Shown here in pieces: positions 30,866-43,571 of a DNA stretch of 64,000 nucleotides. Location of the stretch: NCBI RefSeq assembly GCF_001194135.2, contig NC_068984.1:130880823-130944822 (forward strand), given 5' to 3'. Made by a program: the position numbers and the translations under genes. The stretch's first letter is position 1. Each line of letters begins with the position of its first letter. Source of the stretch: Octopus bimaculoides (taxonomy: Eukaryota). Below the pieces are notes generated by a model. The model was given only the letters and a program-made list of their open reading frames with translations, ran no database searches and was not told where the DNA came from.

Positions 30866-32412
30866 GTAATAACTTTGCTTGACTTTGGCTATAAAGTAAA
30901 GCATATTTCAGCTTTATTGTGATTAGCCCTTATAACTTTGGATTAATTGGTGCAGCATTCCAAAAGATATATTATGGCATGAGTGTTAAAAATGAATGTC
31001 ATTCATTTTCAATATTCTGTGAAAACATGTCTGACCATAGGGAAATATTACCTTGTTTGGAAACAGATAAGGGTTGGTGACAGAAGGGCATCTGGCCTCA
31101 ACAAACTTCATCTGATCCATGCAAGCATGGAAAAGTGGAGATTAAAACAATGATGATTCTGACTGTCTACCATCAATAAGAAGTTATATTAAAATTTCCT
31201 TATCAAGTATAATTAAAAATAAAACTTGTTCAGCAATTCTTCCTAGAATTGAGGTGGTTTCATGGCAAATAAGTCGAAAGGTAGGCTACTATAAATCGGC
31301 ACAAACTTTCCGGACAACCCAATAGTAAGTCAACATCCTCAATTGATCCAAATACTAATATTCACTCTCCAAAATCTCTTTTACTGTCCACACCACCTCC
31401 TGTTACCTATAATTTACATTGAGTACACTGTACACAATTCCTGCTTACTCCTTTTTCTTTTTCATACTGAACATGATCACTGTCTAGATGGCAGCAGAGT
31501 CTTGTGTTTATTCCTGCTTACTTTGTTAGGTTTACTTTGAGGTCTCAGAAAATCTACCTCAATAAATTCCATCTAACTCATGCAAGCATAGAAAAGTGGA
31601 CATTACTACATATGCATTATGCATATATATCATTTACTGACTCTACACTAAAAAACATGCAGAATAAAAGAATCCTTCTTTGAAAAATAAGGGTTAGTGA
31701 CTGGAAGAGCATCCAGCTGTAAAACAATGCCTTGTTAACATATCTGCCTAAACCATGCTAGCATGAATGAACAGATGCAAAAAAAAAAGAAAAGAAAAGT
31801 TCATTTTACATCTCTGTTGTCATGCTAACATGGGTTAGATGAATATATTATTGAAATAGTGTTTTACAGATTGACACCGTACTTCTCACTAACTTATACC
31901 TGTTATTGAATTAAGGGATCTCTAAATCCATAGGTCTCTGCAAGTGCAAAGTCAGTGGACAATTTGTTGACATGACAACGTCAACCCTGCAACTTTCACT
32001 GACACTAGATATCTAGGCTCGACTTGTTTCCAGAGCATGCAAGCTGTGAGATGAGAATCTATAAGGTATTGTACAAGCTTAACTGGACTTAAGAATTCTG
32101 CAACAGCATTACTAACGTGTCACAGTAAAAGTCTTCTTCCAACACAAGTAGACCATATATATATATATATACATACATATAATCTGCTGTGATGATTCTA
32201 AAGTACAACATTTAAAAACCTAACGGTATATCTTTTTTCTACCCCTCTGAAGAGATTTTGCCTAATATAGGGATTTTGATAATTGTTATTTAATCTATTA
32301 GGCTTAATTGAAACAGCTGTAAGGGACTATGCTTGATTTTTGTAGATAACAAATTCTTATAAAATGTTATATTTCCATTTTCTTACTTTCTTTTGAATGA
32401 TTACAAGCCATG

Positions 32413-32446
<34 letters not shown>

Positions 32447-32639
32447 CCCTAACTCTTCGAAACGCTTAGTTTTAGAATGGTGGCAGCTGATGAAGGAAAT
32501 GTTCTCTACGTGGCCTGTGTGTTTTCTGTACTGTTTATCATTTTGTCCACGTTTTTTTTGCAACGTCCTGTACCCAGATATGCATCTATATATACATGTA
32601 GATGTAGGTATGTACATACATGTACGTATGCATATACTC

Positions 32640-32651
32640 ATATTATATATA

Positions 32652-32732
<81 letters not shown>

Positions 32733-32740
32733 TATATATG
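32640..32740. repeat. Long (AT)n(AC)n microsatellite; many similar (AT)n, (AC)n, (AG)n, (AAT)n and (GAT)n tracts occur throughout
   Basis: Direct reading; other examples near 8326-8372, 9806-9833, 20402-20448, 33460-33510, 41165-41250, 49585-49638 and 57090-57132. Confidence 0.97.
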
Positions 32741-33458
32741 AGGGAAGAGAATTTTCGAACCCATACCATCGCTTGGCCAAAAAAAAAAAAAACCCACCAG
32801 TTAAGTGGTTAGATGTTAGAGGAAGATAAATGACACGTGTATGTATGTATACATACACACACACATATATATGTATAAGCGACGTTACAGATATTATGCA
32901 CACATAAATTATAATAAGTAAAATGCAGGTGGGGTATATTAAACCTGATGTTAGAAAAAGTAGCGAACGTTTCAGACTGAGATCTTCATCAGAGATAGGG
33001 ACAAGTTTGTGTTCTAGGAATTAACAAGTGTGTACGTGTACGTGTGTGTGAGTGTGTATGCAATCGAGTGAGTCTAGGTGATTGCCTGTGCATAGCTACC
33101 AATTACACTTTATTTTACATGACTATACGAAACACTGTACTTAACATAATGCAGTTTTAAGTATTGATGTACAAATATCTGATGAATAATGTGACGTAAA
33201 GAAAATTTTTTGTTTTAATGTTGAAAATGGGCAGCGATCAGTGAACAAATAGTTACACGTACGCGTTCACCCATACACACATAAATATATATATATATAT
33301 ATTAATATATAGTATTAGGGAAAAGAACCAAGGTTTATGAACTCATCTAATACTTATATATTAATATATATTTTATATTGTGAAGCTTAATTTAATTTCA
33401 ATTTTTAATAAATTGATTTTAATTGAGTTTTTACCTGTAATTTTGGATTTTATCCCTA

Positions 33459-33512
<54 letters not shown>

Positions 33513-34000
33513 ATATATGCATATGTTAGTAAATGTAATCGTGTAATCATTACAAGGATAGTGTCTATCTAAGAACACGTTGGCTAGGAAGTGTGAAGGA
33601 AACACGTCCATGAAGTATTGAACGATCAAAAAACTAATAATGTACGTTAAGTGCATATATACATATACACACACACACACACACACACATTCATATATGA
33701 AATTGCATGTAAATTTGCATAAGGGATGTTTTGGGGTCTCGGAGAAGAAGCTGTTCGTGCTTCACGTTTCAACTACCGGTGTTATTGTGCCACATCAGCA
33801 GACCATCCCGATATGATATCAAACAGCAGCGTTAGTATCTCAGATGTTAAGTTCTTTTAGAAACAGCAGAAAACTTTGGTAATTTTTTCTACTACGTAAC
33901 ATTACCGACATTATAAAGATCGTCTTTTAAATTAAAGGCATTTAGGAAAGTTGTTTAAAAAGCAATTAGTTGGTAAATAAATAACAAAAAGTAGACTCAC

Positions 34001-34050
34001 TGAAACACCCACGTCTGGAATAACGTTAACGAAAGGGAAGTGACGCTGAC
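34001..34050 (-). promoter_or_regulatory. STT3A: Probable non-coding first exon / TSS region of STT3A (5' boundary approximate)
   Basis: Coding exon 1 has an acceptor upstream of the ATG, so an upstream exon is required. Donor TCA|gtgagt at 34000 in a CpG-rich segment containing GTCACTTCCC; no upstream ATG in the segment. Confidence 0.55.
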
Positions 34051-34269
34051 AGCTATACGGAGTGAAAGAAAAATACACGCTTTGGATATGTATATGTGTC
34101 TATTATGTGTATGTGTATGTTTGCGTGTGTGTAACTATCTGTATGCGTGTAATCGCTTATTTTTTTAATTAGTATTTTAATCAGATATTTTTAATTAATT
34201 TCTTTTTTTTCTATTTAAAAAAATAGATCATTATAATTGATTGACATACATTGTTTTGGATGCATCTTT

Positions 34270-34506
34270 AAACGATAGTTATGTATCGGAGTGAATAACG
34301 AGAAGGATTTTGATTAGCTGTTGCTATGGTCTGCTCGAAGATTAAGGTTTCAGTGTGTTTGACGAGGCAGACGACAAGTTATCAATGTCTCGCTTTCGCA
34401 AATCGATGTTTACAATTTTAAACGAAATCCAAGGCTAACACGGAATATTTTTTTCTCAAATTTCACTGAAATTTATCTCGCTTTCTTTATTTTCTTACAC
34501 TAATTG
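34270..34506 (+). promoter_or_regulatory. Candidate divergent non-coding first exon (5' boundary approximate)
   Basis: CpG-rich segment ending in TTG|gtaagt at 34507, followed by a T-rich intron-like tract. Confidence 0.35.
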
Positions 34507-34642
34507 GTAAGTTCTCAAATTTACTCAGTTTTATAGTTAATATTCTTTTTTTTTGTTTGGAAATCGATTTATTTTTTCTTTTCTTCTTTTCTATTTATTT
34601 TTCGTTTAACTTTTCGCCAAACTTAAGTCGAGTCTCTCACAT

Positions 34643-35010
34643 CTTTACTCTTTTACTTGTTTCAGTCATTTGACTGCGGCCATGCTGGAGCACCGCCTTT
34701 AGTCGAGAAAATCGACCTCCAGGACTTATTCTTTCGGTCTCTTTTTGCCGAACCGCTAAGTTACGGGGACGTAAACACACCAGCATCGGTTGTCAAGCGG
34801 TGGTGGGGGGACAAACACAGATACACAAACACACACACATATATATATATATATACATATATACGACAGGCTTCTTTCAGTTTCCATCTACCAAATCCAT
34901 TCACAAGGCTTTGGTCAGCCCGAGGCGTTAGTAGAAGACACTTGCCCAAGGTGCCACGCAGTGGGACTGAACCCGGAACCATGCTACTTACCACACAGCC
35001 ACTCCTGCGC
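34643..35010 (-). mobile_element. Young type A SINE with small internal deletions
   Basis: Matches 21023-21417. Confidence 0.9.
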
Positions 35011-35425
35011 TCGGAATTATCGACAGTATTTCCACTTTTATTTATTCTATTAATTTGAATTCGTATTCTCAGTGGAAAGATGTTGTTATTTACTCCTTTG
35101 ATAGACCTACGATCAAAGCCGTTCAGCTGTGACTAATTCGTTTTTTTTTTCTTTTTTAAAGACGATAGGATATGATTCGAAGAAAAATGTGGCGGTTATT
35201 TCTTGTAGGTCGAGCAACTACTTTGAGGTTCCCTCGTTGACTATTATAATTGTTTTATTTATTGGTTCTATTATTGTACTAAAGTTTATGTTATTCTTAT
35301 TGCTGCTGTTGTCGTACATTAATAGAATCCAAAGAAAATAGTGTTCTACGTCAACAATAAATAAATAACAATAATAATAATAATTCAGTTTAAAAAGTGG
35401 AATTAATAATACATGAGCCGTTTTA

Positions 35426-35475
35426 ATTGAAGAGGGGTACATTGAAGAGGGGTACATTGAGGAGGGGTACATTGA
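35426..35475. repeat. 15-bp minisatellite (attgaagaggggtac)x3
   Basis: Three tandem units with one substitution plus a partial unit. Confidence 0.9.
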
Positions 35476-37738
35476 CTGTAAAAGACAATAAAAATGACAG
35501 TAAGACTGCGAGATGAGGGTTGACCACAATAGCAGACCGTATTTAATGGCATATTGGACACACCCCAATTTCAGCCGCTCATATTCAGCTTCAGGGACGA
35601 AATTAACTTATGAGAGGCCCAACTTCTAATATACGACCCGGGGTGATTTTGTCTTTTTCTTTTTGAGACATATTTGGTGGGGAACAAAAAGTGCGTGTTA
35701 TATATATGCCACCATATATGGTATATATGTACAGACATGGACATAGGCGCACACGTATATAACCACATATCCACTTTGATAAATCGTTTCCAAATCAGAT
35801 TCCTCCTCTACAGTTCCAGATAAACCAGGCAGCAAGAATTACTTTAACCGCGGGCTCTGTATTTTCAGGGCAGGAGTCACCTGTTTTAAACATCTTATTA
35901 TCAAAACCTTCAACTTTTTATGAATGACTGGGTGTTCCCTTTGCCCCCCCCCCACCAAAGCATTTTCCTGAGTTTATCCAAAACCTCTATGCTTGCTTTC
36001 AGACTTTTTTTTATTTGTTCTTGTTTCATATGTTCTGAGTTTTCCTTTCATAAGTCCCAAGTTACACAGGAGTTGAAAAAAAAATTGAGAATGTGTTTCA
36101 TATATAATGCATGAAGGCCAGTGAAATATGCCTTGTGTATCACATGAAGTATACATGAGTCGCCACCACTATGCTATTTTCGGTATCCAATTCACGTTAG
36201 ATTAAGCAAATTATAATAATTAAATTCAAAGGCAGCGGATATTAAGAAACTTGGCATCTTCTTTATCTATTTCGTTGTATTAAACTTCTATAATAAGTAA
36301 GTTTTATTGCCTTCACAGTGTTTACTGTTTCACAAAATCAAACTAAGAAAACTGGACAAAGCAGAGAACACTATTGAAAAAAATTAAAAAGATAAAAAAA
36401 AGCTTAATATTATTCCAGGAGGTGACAAGTTCAAAAAGAAGCTATGTCGGGACACTGAGAATAAAGTACTCAAACATAAATCTGAGTGTGGAGAAATAAT
36501 ATTTAATCCATAATTGTTAATCCGACAAAATACATATTAAGCTTAATAATTATTTTTCCTCATAAGATCGTTGAACAAATCACATTATTACTTAAATATA
36601 TTTTAGACATCGTAATGTTAAACATCTCCAATCAAACCGAGAATTTTTAAAGAGGCAAAAAAAATATTATTTTAGTATAGTTTCTTCTTTAAACCATATC
36701 TCTATGTTTAAATTGATAGTCGCATTTTCAACATTAGCTCTCAAAAACAATTTTAACTTATATTAGAGTTGCATTTCAGGAGAGAATATTCAAATTGTGT
36801 ATCTTAGCTGCTTAAATAACAATGGCATATACTAGTGAATTCGTGTAATGTTTAATTAATATTTAAGCTTAGTGTTTTAAATTTAATTTAGAATGAAAGC
36901 CGGAGCTATAGAGTAAGGGTTCACCCATTCAAATTCACCTCGCAATTTACTGCGATCAAGCCGTCGTCTTCTGCTATTAACCTTCTAAATGTCTCATACA
37001 CGTCAGCTAGCCGGTCTATTGTCAATCTTCAGGTACAATAATAATTAGCGGATCCCTTTCATTCGTTTTGCTTACGACTCCTCCACCATGCTGACTGATG
37101 TATATAATGTTGGTCCTTCAAATATTATTTGGATCGATAAAAATAACTGTAATTCGATTCTCCGATGGGGTATGTGTCTTGCAAATCAATGTCGATCGGC
37201 TTATATATCCGCTACACATCCGTGTTAGCTGATTTATGTGCAGTGGTCATTTAGATATGCAACTGGGTCTCTATAAATATTAAATTAACTAATTTATTTA
37301 TTTTTATTCAGGAATTTTTTAAAGTACATAATACAGACAGCACAACACCCTAGCTTAAGCCGGTCCTGGTTTTAGTCATGAATATCCCGTCTTTTTAAAG
37401 GTACCCAAGACTATATTCCCTGCACATGATCTCAAGGAGATTTAGCTGTTATTTCTAGCATGTAGAGCGGTCACGTAATTGTTTCTTTGTTGATTCATGT
37501 TACAAGTAATCCAAATGATCCCTTGGAAAAGCATAATGGTACGTCATCCGATTTCCTTTCGATACATTTGAGTTCTTGTTCTTAAAGAAAGTGTATCGTT
37601 ATTAGCTGAGCCTACGAGCCGGTTTCGATTCTCACTGACATAAGTTCACATCAAATACAGTATTGAAGCTATCTTGAAAATCTCGAGTTTCGTGGCTTTG
37701 CATAAGAAAATAAGTATTCTTAAGAATATATACGATAA

Positions 37739-37780
<42 letters not shown>

Positions 37781-37781
<1 letters not shown>

Positions 37782-38380
37782 CACTGGCACTCCGTCAGTT
37801 ATAACGACGAGTATTTCAGTTGATCCAGTCAACGAAACAGCTTGCCTGTGGAATTAACGTGCAAATGGCTGAGCACTCTACAGACACGCATGCCTTTAAC
37901 GTAGTTCTCAGAGAGATTCAGGGGACTCAGAATGTGACAAGGCTAGCGCTTTGAATTACATGTACAACTCATTTTGCCAGTTGGGTGGACTTGAATTAAA
38001 GCAACGTGAATTAAAGTGTCTTGCACAACGCACCATCGGGTATCGAACTCATGACGTTACGTCCGTGAACCGAATGCTCTAACCCAGGGGTTTTCAAACT
38101 TTTTGACTTGCGGACCCCTTTATATTTCAGGCTTTACCTTAGGGACCCCCTTATAAACGCGTATGAAATTTATACATAAATATTTGCTTAAAATAACATT
38201 TTTACATTTATTTATTTAACAGTATTTAACAAATAGGTTTATTGTCAATTAAAATATTTCGATTAAAATACTTATATAAAATCAAATTGCCCATAAAAAG
38301 TATTTGCTGTCCACGGAGCCCCTGTGTTCCGCGGACCACAGTTTGAAAACCCCTGCTCTAACCACTAACCCACGCGCCTT
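37781..38380 (-). mobile_element. tRNA-derived SINE (type F) interrupted by a hAT MITE
   Basis: Head aaggcgcgtgggttagtggttagag / gagttcgatacccg split by the insertion; 3' part shared with type E; abuts a poly(A) run of about 42 nt. Confidence 0.8.
38085..38355. mobile_element. hAT (Charlie-like) MITE, 271 bp
   Basis: Perfect 16-bp TIR caggggttttcaaact / agtttgaaaacccctg; 8-bp TSD ctctaacc at 38077-38084 and 38356-38363. Confidence 0.95.
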
Positions 38381-39249
38381 TACAATGCGCACTATAGGAA
38401 CGTTTGGTACCGCAATGTGCTAATGAATTCAGGTTTTGCTAACATCGTTTTACTTTTCACCACACCAGGATTGATTATGTTTTTGTAATATATTTATAAT
38501 GATTAAATAAGTTACACCATATTATCAAAATAATAATTTTTTTTACCTTTATAAACTGGAACATGTGATTTTCATGTTCCTTGAAAAACACCTAAATGAA
38601 ACTGCTGCTTGAAATCCCTGAATGGTACTAAAATCTAATACTTGCTTAAATATTTACCAGTACTACTATCATAATTATTTCAAATTTTGCCACAAGGGCA
38701 GCTTATGGGACATAGGGATGAGTCGATTACATCGACCCCAGTGTTCAACTGGTACCCTCCCAATTTCAGGGTTTGTGTCAGTTAGAAACCAATAAATATG
38801 ATGGGTTGGTAGAATTGTTAGAGCTTCGGATAAAATTCCATGTAATATTTTTTCCGGCTCTTTACATTCAGGGTTCAAATCGCACTAAGATCAATTTTGT
38901 CTTTCATCAGCCCGGAGTCGATAAAATAAAGTACAAGTCAAAAACTGTGACCTATCACCTTAACCATCGTACCCTGTTCTAGTTTTCACTTGACCAGATC
39001 GAAGCATTTGCTCCATTTACTTCTTGTAAAAGGGGTGGATTTCATGGATAAGAAGTTCCATTAGTTGGTCTTTTTGATGGATCTAGGATCCTAGGTCAAA
39101 GTGAATAAATAACTGGTTGCTTGACATCTAGAATGTCATCTGGTACTTACAGTTCTCTACCAGTCAGGAAATGTAGGTGGTGTAACGTTAACCTCGAGTT
39201 GTATAAAGGGTTAGTTGTAAACAAGAGTGAGGACATTCTCGGGAGACCT

Positions 39250-40060
39250 ATGGATGTCTATGAAGGTGAAGTGAGCAGTGTATTGAAGAGAACTTTCTGC
39301 GTAGAAACTAAGACAGTGTAATAAAACGACCGTGCGAACCAAAGGAGATGGCGACGAACGAAGAGAAGGCTCCTTTAAACGCGTCGCACGGTTGACCACA
39401 AAAACATATAATATGACATAGGGGGCTCGCCGGAAACGTAGAAAAACTCTCTCACGTGACCTTATTTGAAGGCCGCGATTGGATGGTATGCACCCTGGCG
39501 CGAAACAGAACTGGAGATGAATGCTGCGCAAATAAGAACCAATCAGGGTGATGGACACAAGGGTCCAAGCGGCCGAAAGCTAGATGTTAGCCGCCACGTT
39601 ATCATTTGTAAATGAATATCGGAGAGAGGTTTCACTACAACAGCTTCCTCAAATCTTTGTCCTGACAATGTTAGAGGGTGATATTCTCCGGATCTGTCCG
39701 AAATGCACGCAAAGCGAGGAAACAGTTTTGCATGCACTCGTTTAGTGTATGAACATTGTTTAACTTGTAGATTTTATGACGAACCGTGGTTGTTAAATGT
39801 AAGTCGAATCCTGCTGTGAGCTGAAACCGCCATCTTTTGTCCATGAAGGCCTGACAGTTTTCTCTTACCTGGTGGCTATATCGACAGAAATTTTATGGGG
39901 GAACTGAAATAACTGAGAACAAACAAGGTCCTCTTCGAGCAAGCACTCGTCAACTTCATGTACCGTGTGGAACGGAAAGTGCGGCCTTTCAGTAAATTTG
40001 TTGAGAGGTGAGTGCTCGAATAATGGAGGCTCGAATGAATGAACTTACTCTCAGTATCGC
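39250..40060 (+). mobile_element. Decayed L1/Tx1-clade LINE ORF2 C-terminus
   Basis: CPKCTQSEETVLHALV*C at about 39695-39748, a CCHC-type zinc finger typical of L1/Tx1 ORF2; stops present. Confidence 0.6.
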
Positions 40061-40329
40061 CCGTTGGCAGAGAACATGTCTTTGATAACTTTGGTTATGT
40101 GAATTCAGTCATCGGTGGTAAATACCCCTCTTCTTATCGAGACATGTCGATTTATTTGTGCTCTTGCTTGTCATGTCTTTTTTGTTTTGTGTAAGACCAA
40201 ATGTCTGTGTGTGTGTTTTTATTTGTCCTACTGTTGCTTCAGTTGTGGCCAAATAAGAAATTAGAACTTCGGGCACCTTGGATTATTTCTACTGGTTTTT
40301 CTACGCTCTGGATTCAAATTTACTCAAGT

Positions 40330-40795
40330 AATGGGAGTCGATATAATTGACTGAACCCCTCTTCTCACATTTTGTTGTTTGCAGGATTGTTACGGGGTCT
40401 TAAAAAATTGCTTGTTAGAATTCCGTCGAGATCGACTTTGTCTTGCATCATTTTGGAGTCGATAAAATAAACAAGTTAAGCACTAGGGTCAATATAATTG
40501 GCTTACTCTGCTCCCTAAAATTATTGGCTTTATGCCAAGACTTTAAACCATTATTACTATTATTACTAAAGCGGCGAGCTGGCAGAGTCATTAGCACGCC
40601 GGACAAACTGCTTAGTGTCATTACATCCACCTTAATGTTCTGAGTTCAAATTCTGCTCAGGCCGACTTTGCCTTTCATCCTTTCGAAGTCGATGAAACAA
40701 GTACTGGAGTCGATGTAATCGTTTTACCCCCTTCCCTTACAATTACTGACTTTGAGCCAAAATTTGAAACCACTATTGTTATTATTGAAGTCATT
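40330..40795 (+). mobile_element. Two tandem type B SINE copies
   Basis: gactttgtcttgcatc...gtcgataaaataa and aagcggcgagctggcagag...gagttcaaattctg...aaatttgaaaccactattgttattatt. Confidence 0.75.
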
Positions 40796-40859
40796 GTTGT
40801 TGTGTTCCTTTTGCGCTTCCTGTCTTACGTAGCTGTAGAACCGGGTCCAGACTACGGGC

Positions 40860-41161
40860 CCGAAATGTTATAGGGAATATATCACATGATTGCCAGCATT
40901 CTCATTTGTTCTCTGTAGTACGATCTTCTGGACTGAATAGATGTTCCTGTTGTCCAGGATACGGTTGGTGAACTTTTCCTGTCTTCATGAGTCTTAGAGC
41001 TTCGATGACCACGGCTATTATTTTTGTCTTTTTATTGATTTCAATCTCCAGGTTTCTGTACTCGGTCAGCTTCTTTGTGTCTTTGACGCAAGGTATTACA
41101 ATGTCAACGAGTATGCACCTCTCATCCTTCTTCTCTTTGATAACGTCATGCTTGTCGGCTT

Positions 41162-41165
<4 letters not shown>
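40860..41165 (-). mobile_element. Non-LTR retrotransposon restriction-like endonuclease fragment (R4/Dong-like)
   Basis: KADKHDVIKEKKDERCILVDIVIP...KKLTEYRNLEIEI...IIAVVIEALRLMKTG, then QKIVLQRT in another frame; resembles RPDIV...LID..VP...EKLSKYKDLEIE...PVVIGALG...QKIVLLGT of R4-clade RLE domains. Confidence 0.7.
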
Positions 41166-41204
<39 letters not shown>

Positions 41205-41839
41205 TCTCTCTCTCTCTCCCTCTCTCTCTCCCTCCCTCTCCCTCTCCCTACNNNNNNNNNNNNNNNNNNNNNNNNNNNNNNNNNNNNNNNNNNNNNNNNN
41301 NNNNNNNNNNNNNNNNNNNNNNNNNNNNNNNNNNNNNNNNNNNNNNNNNNNNNNNNNNNNNNNNNNNNNNNNNNNNNNNNNNNNNNNNNNNNNNNNNNNN
41401 NNNNNNNNNNNNNNNNNCCTCCCCTCCCTCTCCCTCCCCCTCTCTCTCAGTAGTGATGGCATGTCCCAGAGAACATCGTTGTTGTCAGTGGCTGTGTTTG
41501 GCTAATGGTCTACTTTTTTGTTATCCAGCATATTTTCCAATGCAGGTACGATGCTGCCTTATGCAGCATCTGTGGATGTATTCTGTCTTCGTTACTCCCG
41601 AGCATTCGGAAACATATAGACATCCCTCTGTTACAGCAACCTCAGGCTACGTGATTTCATGCCTAAAGAAATTGCAAAGTATGATTCCTAATTTGGGGAT
41701 AAGATCAAATTTAACCTTTATCGAAACTCTGATAAATTTAAATAATTTAGAATCTGTACTTTCTTCTCAGCCAGAAGCCACTTCTTGGTGTTTTAGCGAA
41801 GATCAAAGTAGTTAATAATTTGAACAGCTATGTTTTCGA

Positions 41840-41869
<30 letters not shown>

Positions 41870-41870
<1 letters not shown>

Positions 41871-42110
41871 GTAGTGAAACCTCTCTCTCTCGGGCATTCA
41901 ATCACAAATGATAACGAAGCTGCTAACATCTAACCTTAGGTTGCCTTGGACCCTTCTGTCCACAATCCTGATTGGTTCTTATTTGCGCGGCAATTGTCCC
42001 CATGTTCTGCTTGCTAAGGGGGCATTACGTCCAATCGTGGCCTTAGGATAAAGTCACGTGAGATAGAGTTTTTCTGGGTTTCCGGTGAACCCTATTTCGC
42101 CTATAAATAA
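41870..42110 (-). mobile_element. Second fragment of the L1/Tx1 family, inverted relative to 39420-39640
   Basis: Reverse complement shares ccggaaac, gaaaaactct, ctcacgtgac, gcgcaaataagaaccaatcagg, aagggtccaag, tagatgttagc, cgttatcatttgt and gagagaggtttcactaca. Confidence 0.75.
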
Positions 42111-43487
42111 GCCCGATCCAGCGACAGCAATTGTCTTAGATTTCAGATCTCTCACAGGTCTGGTCGCTGACCACACACATATAGAACACAGCTACAGCCA
42201 GTTCCAGCGCCGACGTCTTCACCACCTATGTATTGTCTACCACAATGTCGTGCGCCAGCAACCCCACCACCAGGTACACACCAATATCAACACACTCGGT
42301 TTTATATCGACACTGTTTGAGTGGATTGTTTCCACCCCGAGCGAAACATTGATGTGTAATATGGTGGGGACGTTTGTGTATATATGGTGATAAGTGTGTG
42401 TACATGAGTCTACTGATTGTGGTATGGGTGCATACTTGTGTGTCTATGCAAGCAGGTGTGTCAGTGTTTGTTTTGTACACATGTATATATCTCTACATAT
42501 TTCTATTTTTGTAGGTGAATATACCTGTGTATCTCTATAGCAGTTTAATTTCAATGTACCCTATCATGACTGTTAACACTTTTACATCTGTTTATGAGAA
42601 ACCCGGACAATGATAAGGACTGGCAAACAGTTTTATTATTATGCTAGAAAATAAATTTAAATGTTTTAGCAAAGCTACTGAGAAACCACATGCTTATGAA
42701 GCAGTGTTGCTTACCACATAACTATATTACTACATTTAGCAATATGTTTTATATATAATATATATATATATACACTAAGTGCTATATATTTTGAGAATTG
42801 TGTAATATGATTCCTATCTGGCTAACTTTGTTTTCTATTCTTTGAGCACAATTTTTTTAATAATTATTGTTGTTTAGTCTCAGTTTAGCCTAGAGCAAGC
42901 TGACCTGAGATAAAAGTGTTACCAGTTATGAACGTCCCACCTTATTTTAAAACTCAGCAAGCCTTTCAATTTGAGAAATGAGATGGAACAAAATCTTGCA
43001 AAATGCTTTGTTATTTTGTGAATATATATTTTAAATCCCTATGCTTGTCACTGTTGGATATGGGCTCTCTCTTTGAAGATTACTGTGACACTCAGACAAT
43101 CTAACTACAATAGATATTATGCAGTTTGACCACAACCCACTGAACCTTCAGGATTATGACTGTGTGGTTTTTGAGACCTGACAGTCACATGGGAAACTAA
43201 ACAACTAGCAACTGCTTTCAATTAAATAGTATATGCTTAAGTTTATCGTCAGTCTTTTCGAAGCCTCAGATCATACATAGCTGTCATCTGCAACAGGTTG
43301 TACACATATCTATTTTCTCACCAGATTATTGCCTCTTTCTCAGTCTACAGCCTACTATAAGCTTATAGCCGAAGTCAACAAGCTGAAGGTAATAATTTGT
43401 TCATCATTTGACATTCTTTATTTGTCATTACCTAGTAGCCCTTTCACAAGATATTTGCTATGTGTGTGTGTGTGTGTGTGTGTTTGC

Positions 43488-43526
<39 letters not shown>

Positions 43527-43536
43527 NNNNNNNNNN

Positions 43537-43571
<35 letters not shown>

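Noticed and set aside
31945-32005. Possible pre-miRNA hairpin (gtcagtg...cactgac)
   Set aside because: The middle of the stem pairs poorly and no known mature sequence is recognisable.
32357-32903. ORFs rich in YI/HT/CV/SL dipeptide runs here and elsewhere
   Set aside because: Translations of (AT)n, (AC)n and (AG)n microsatellites.
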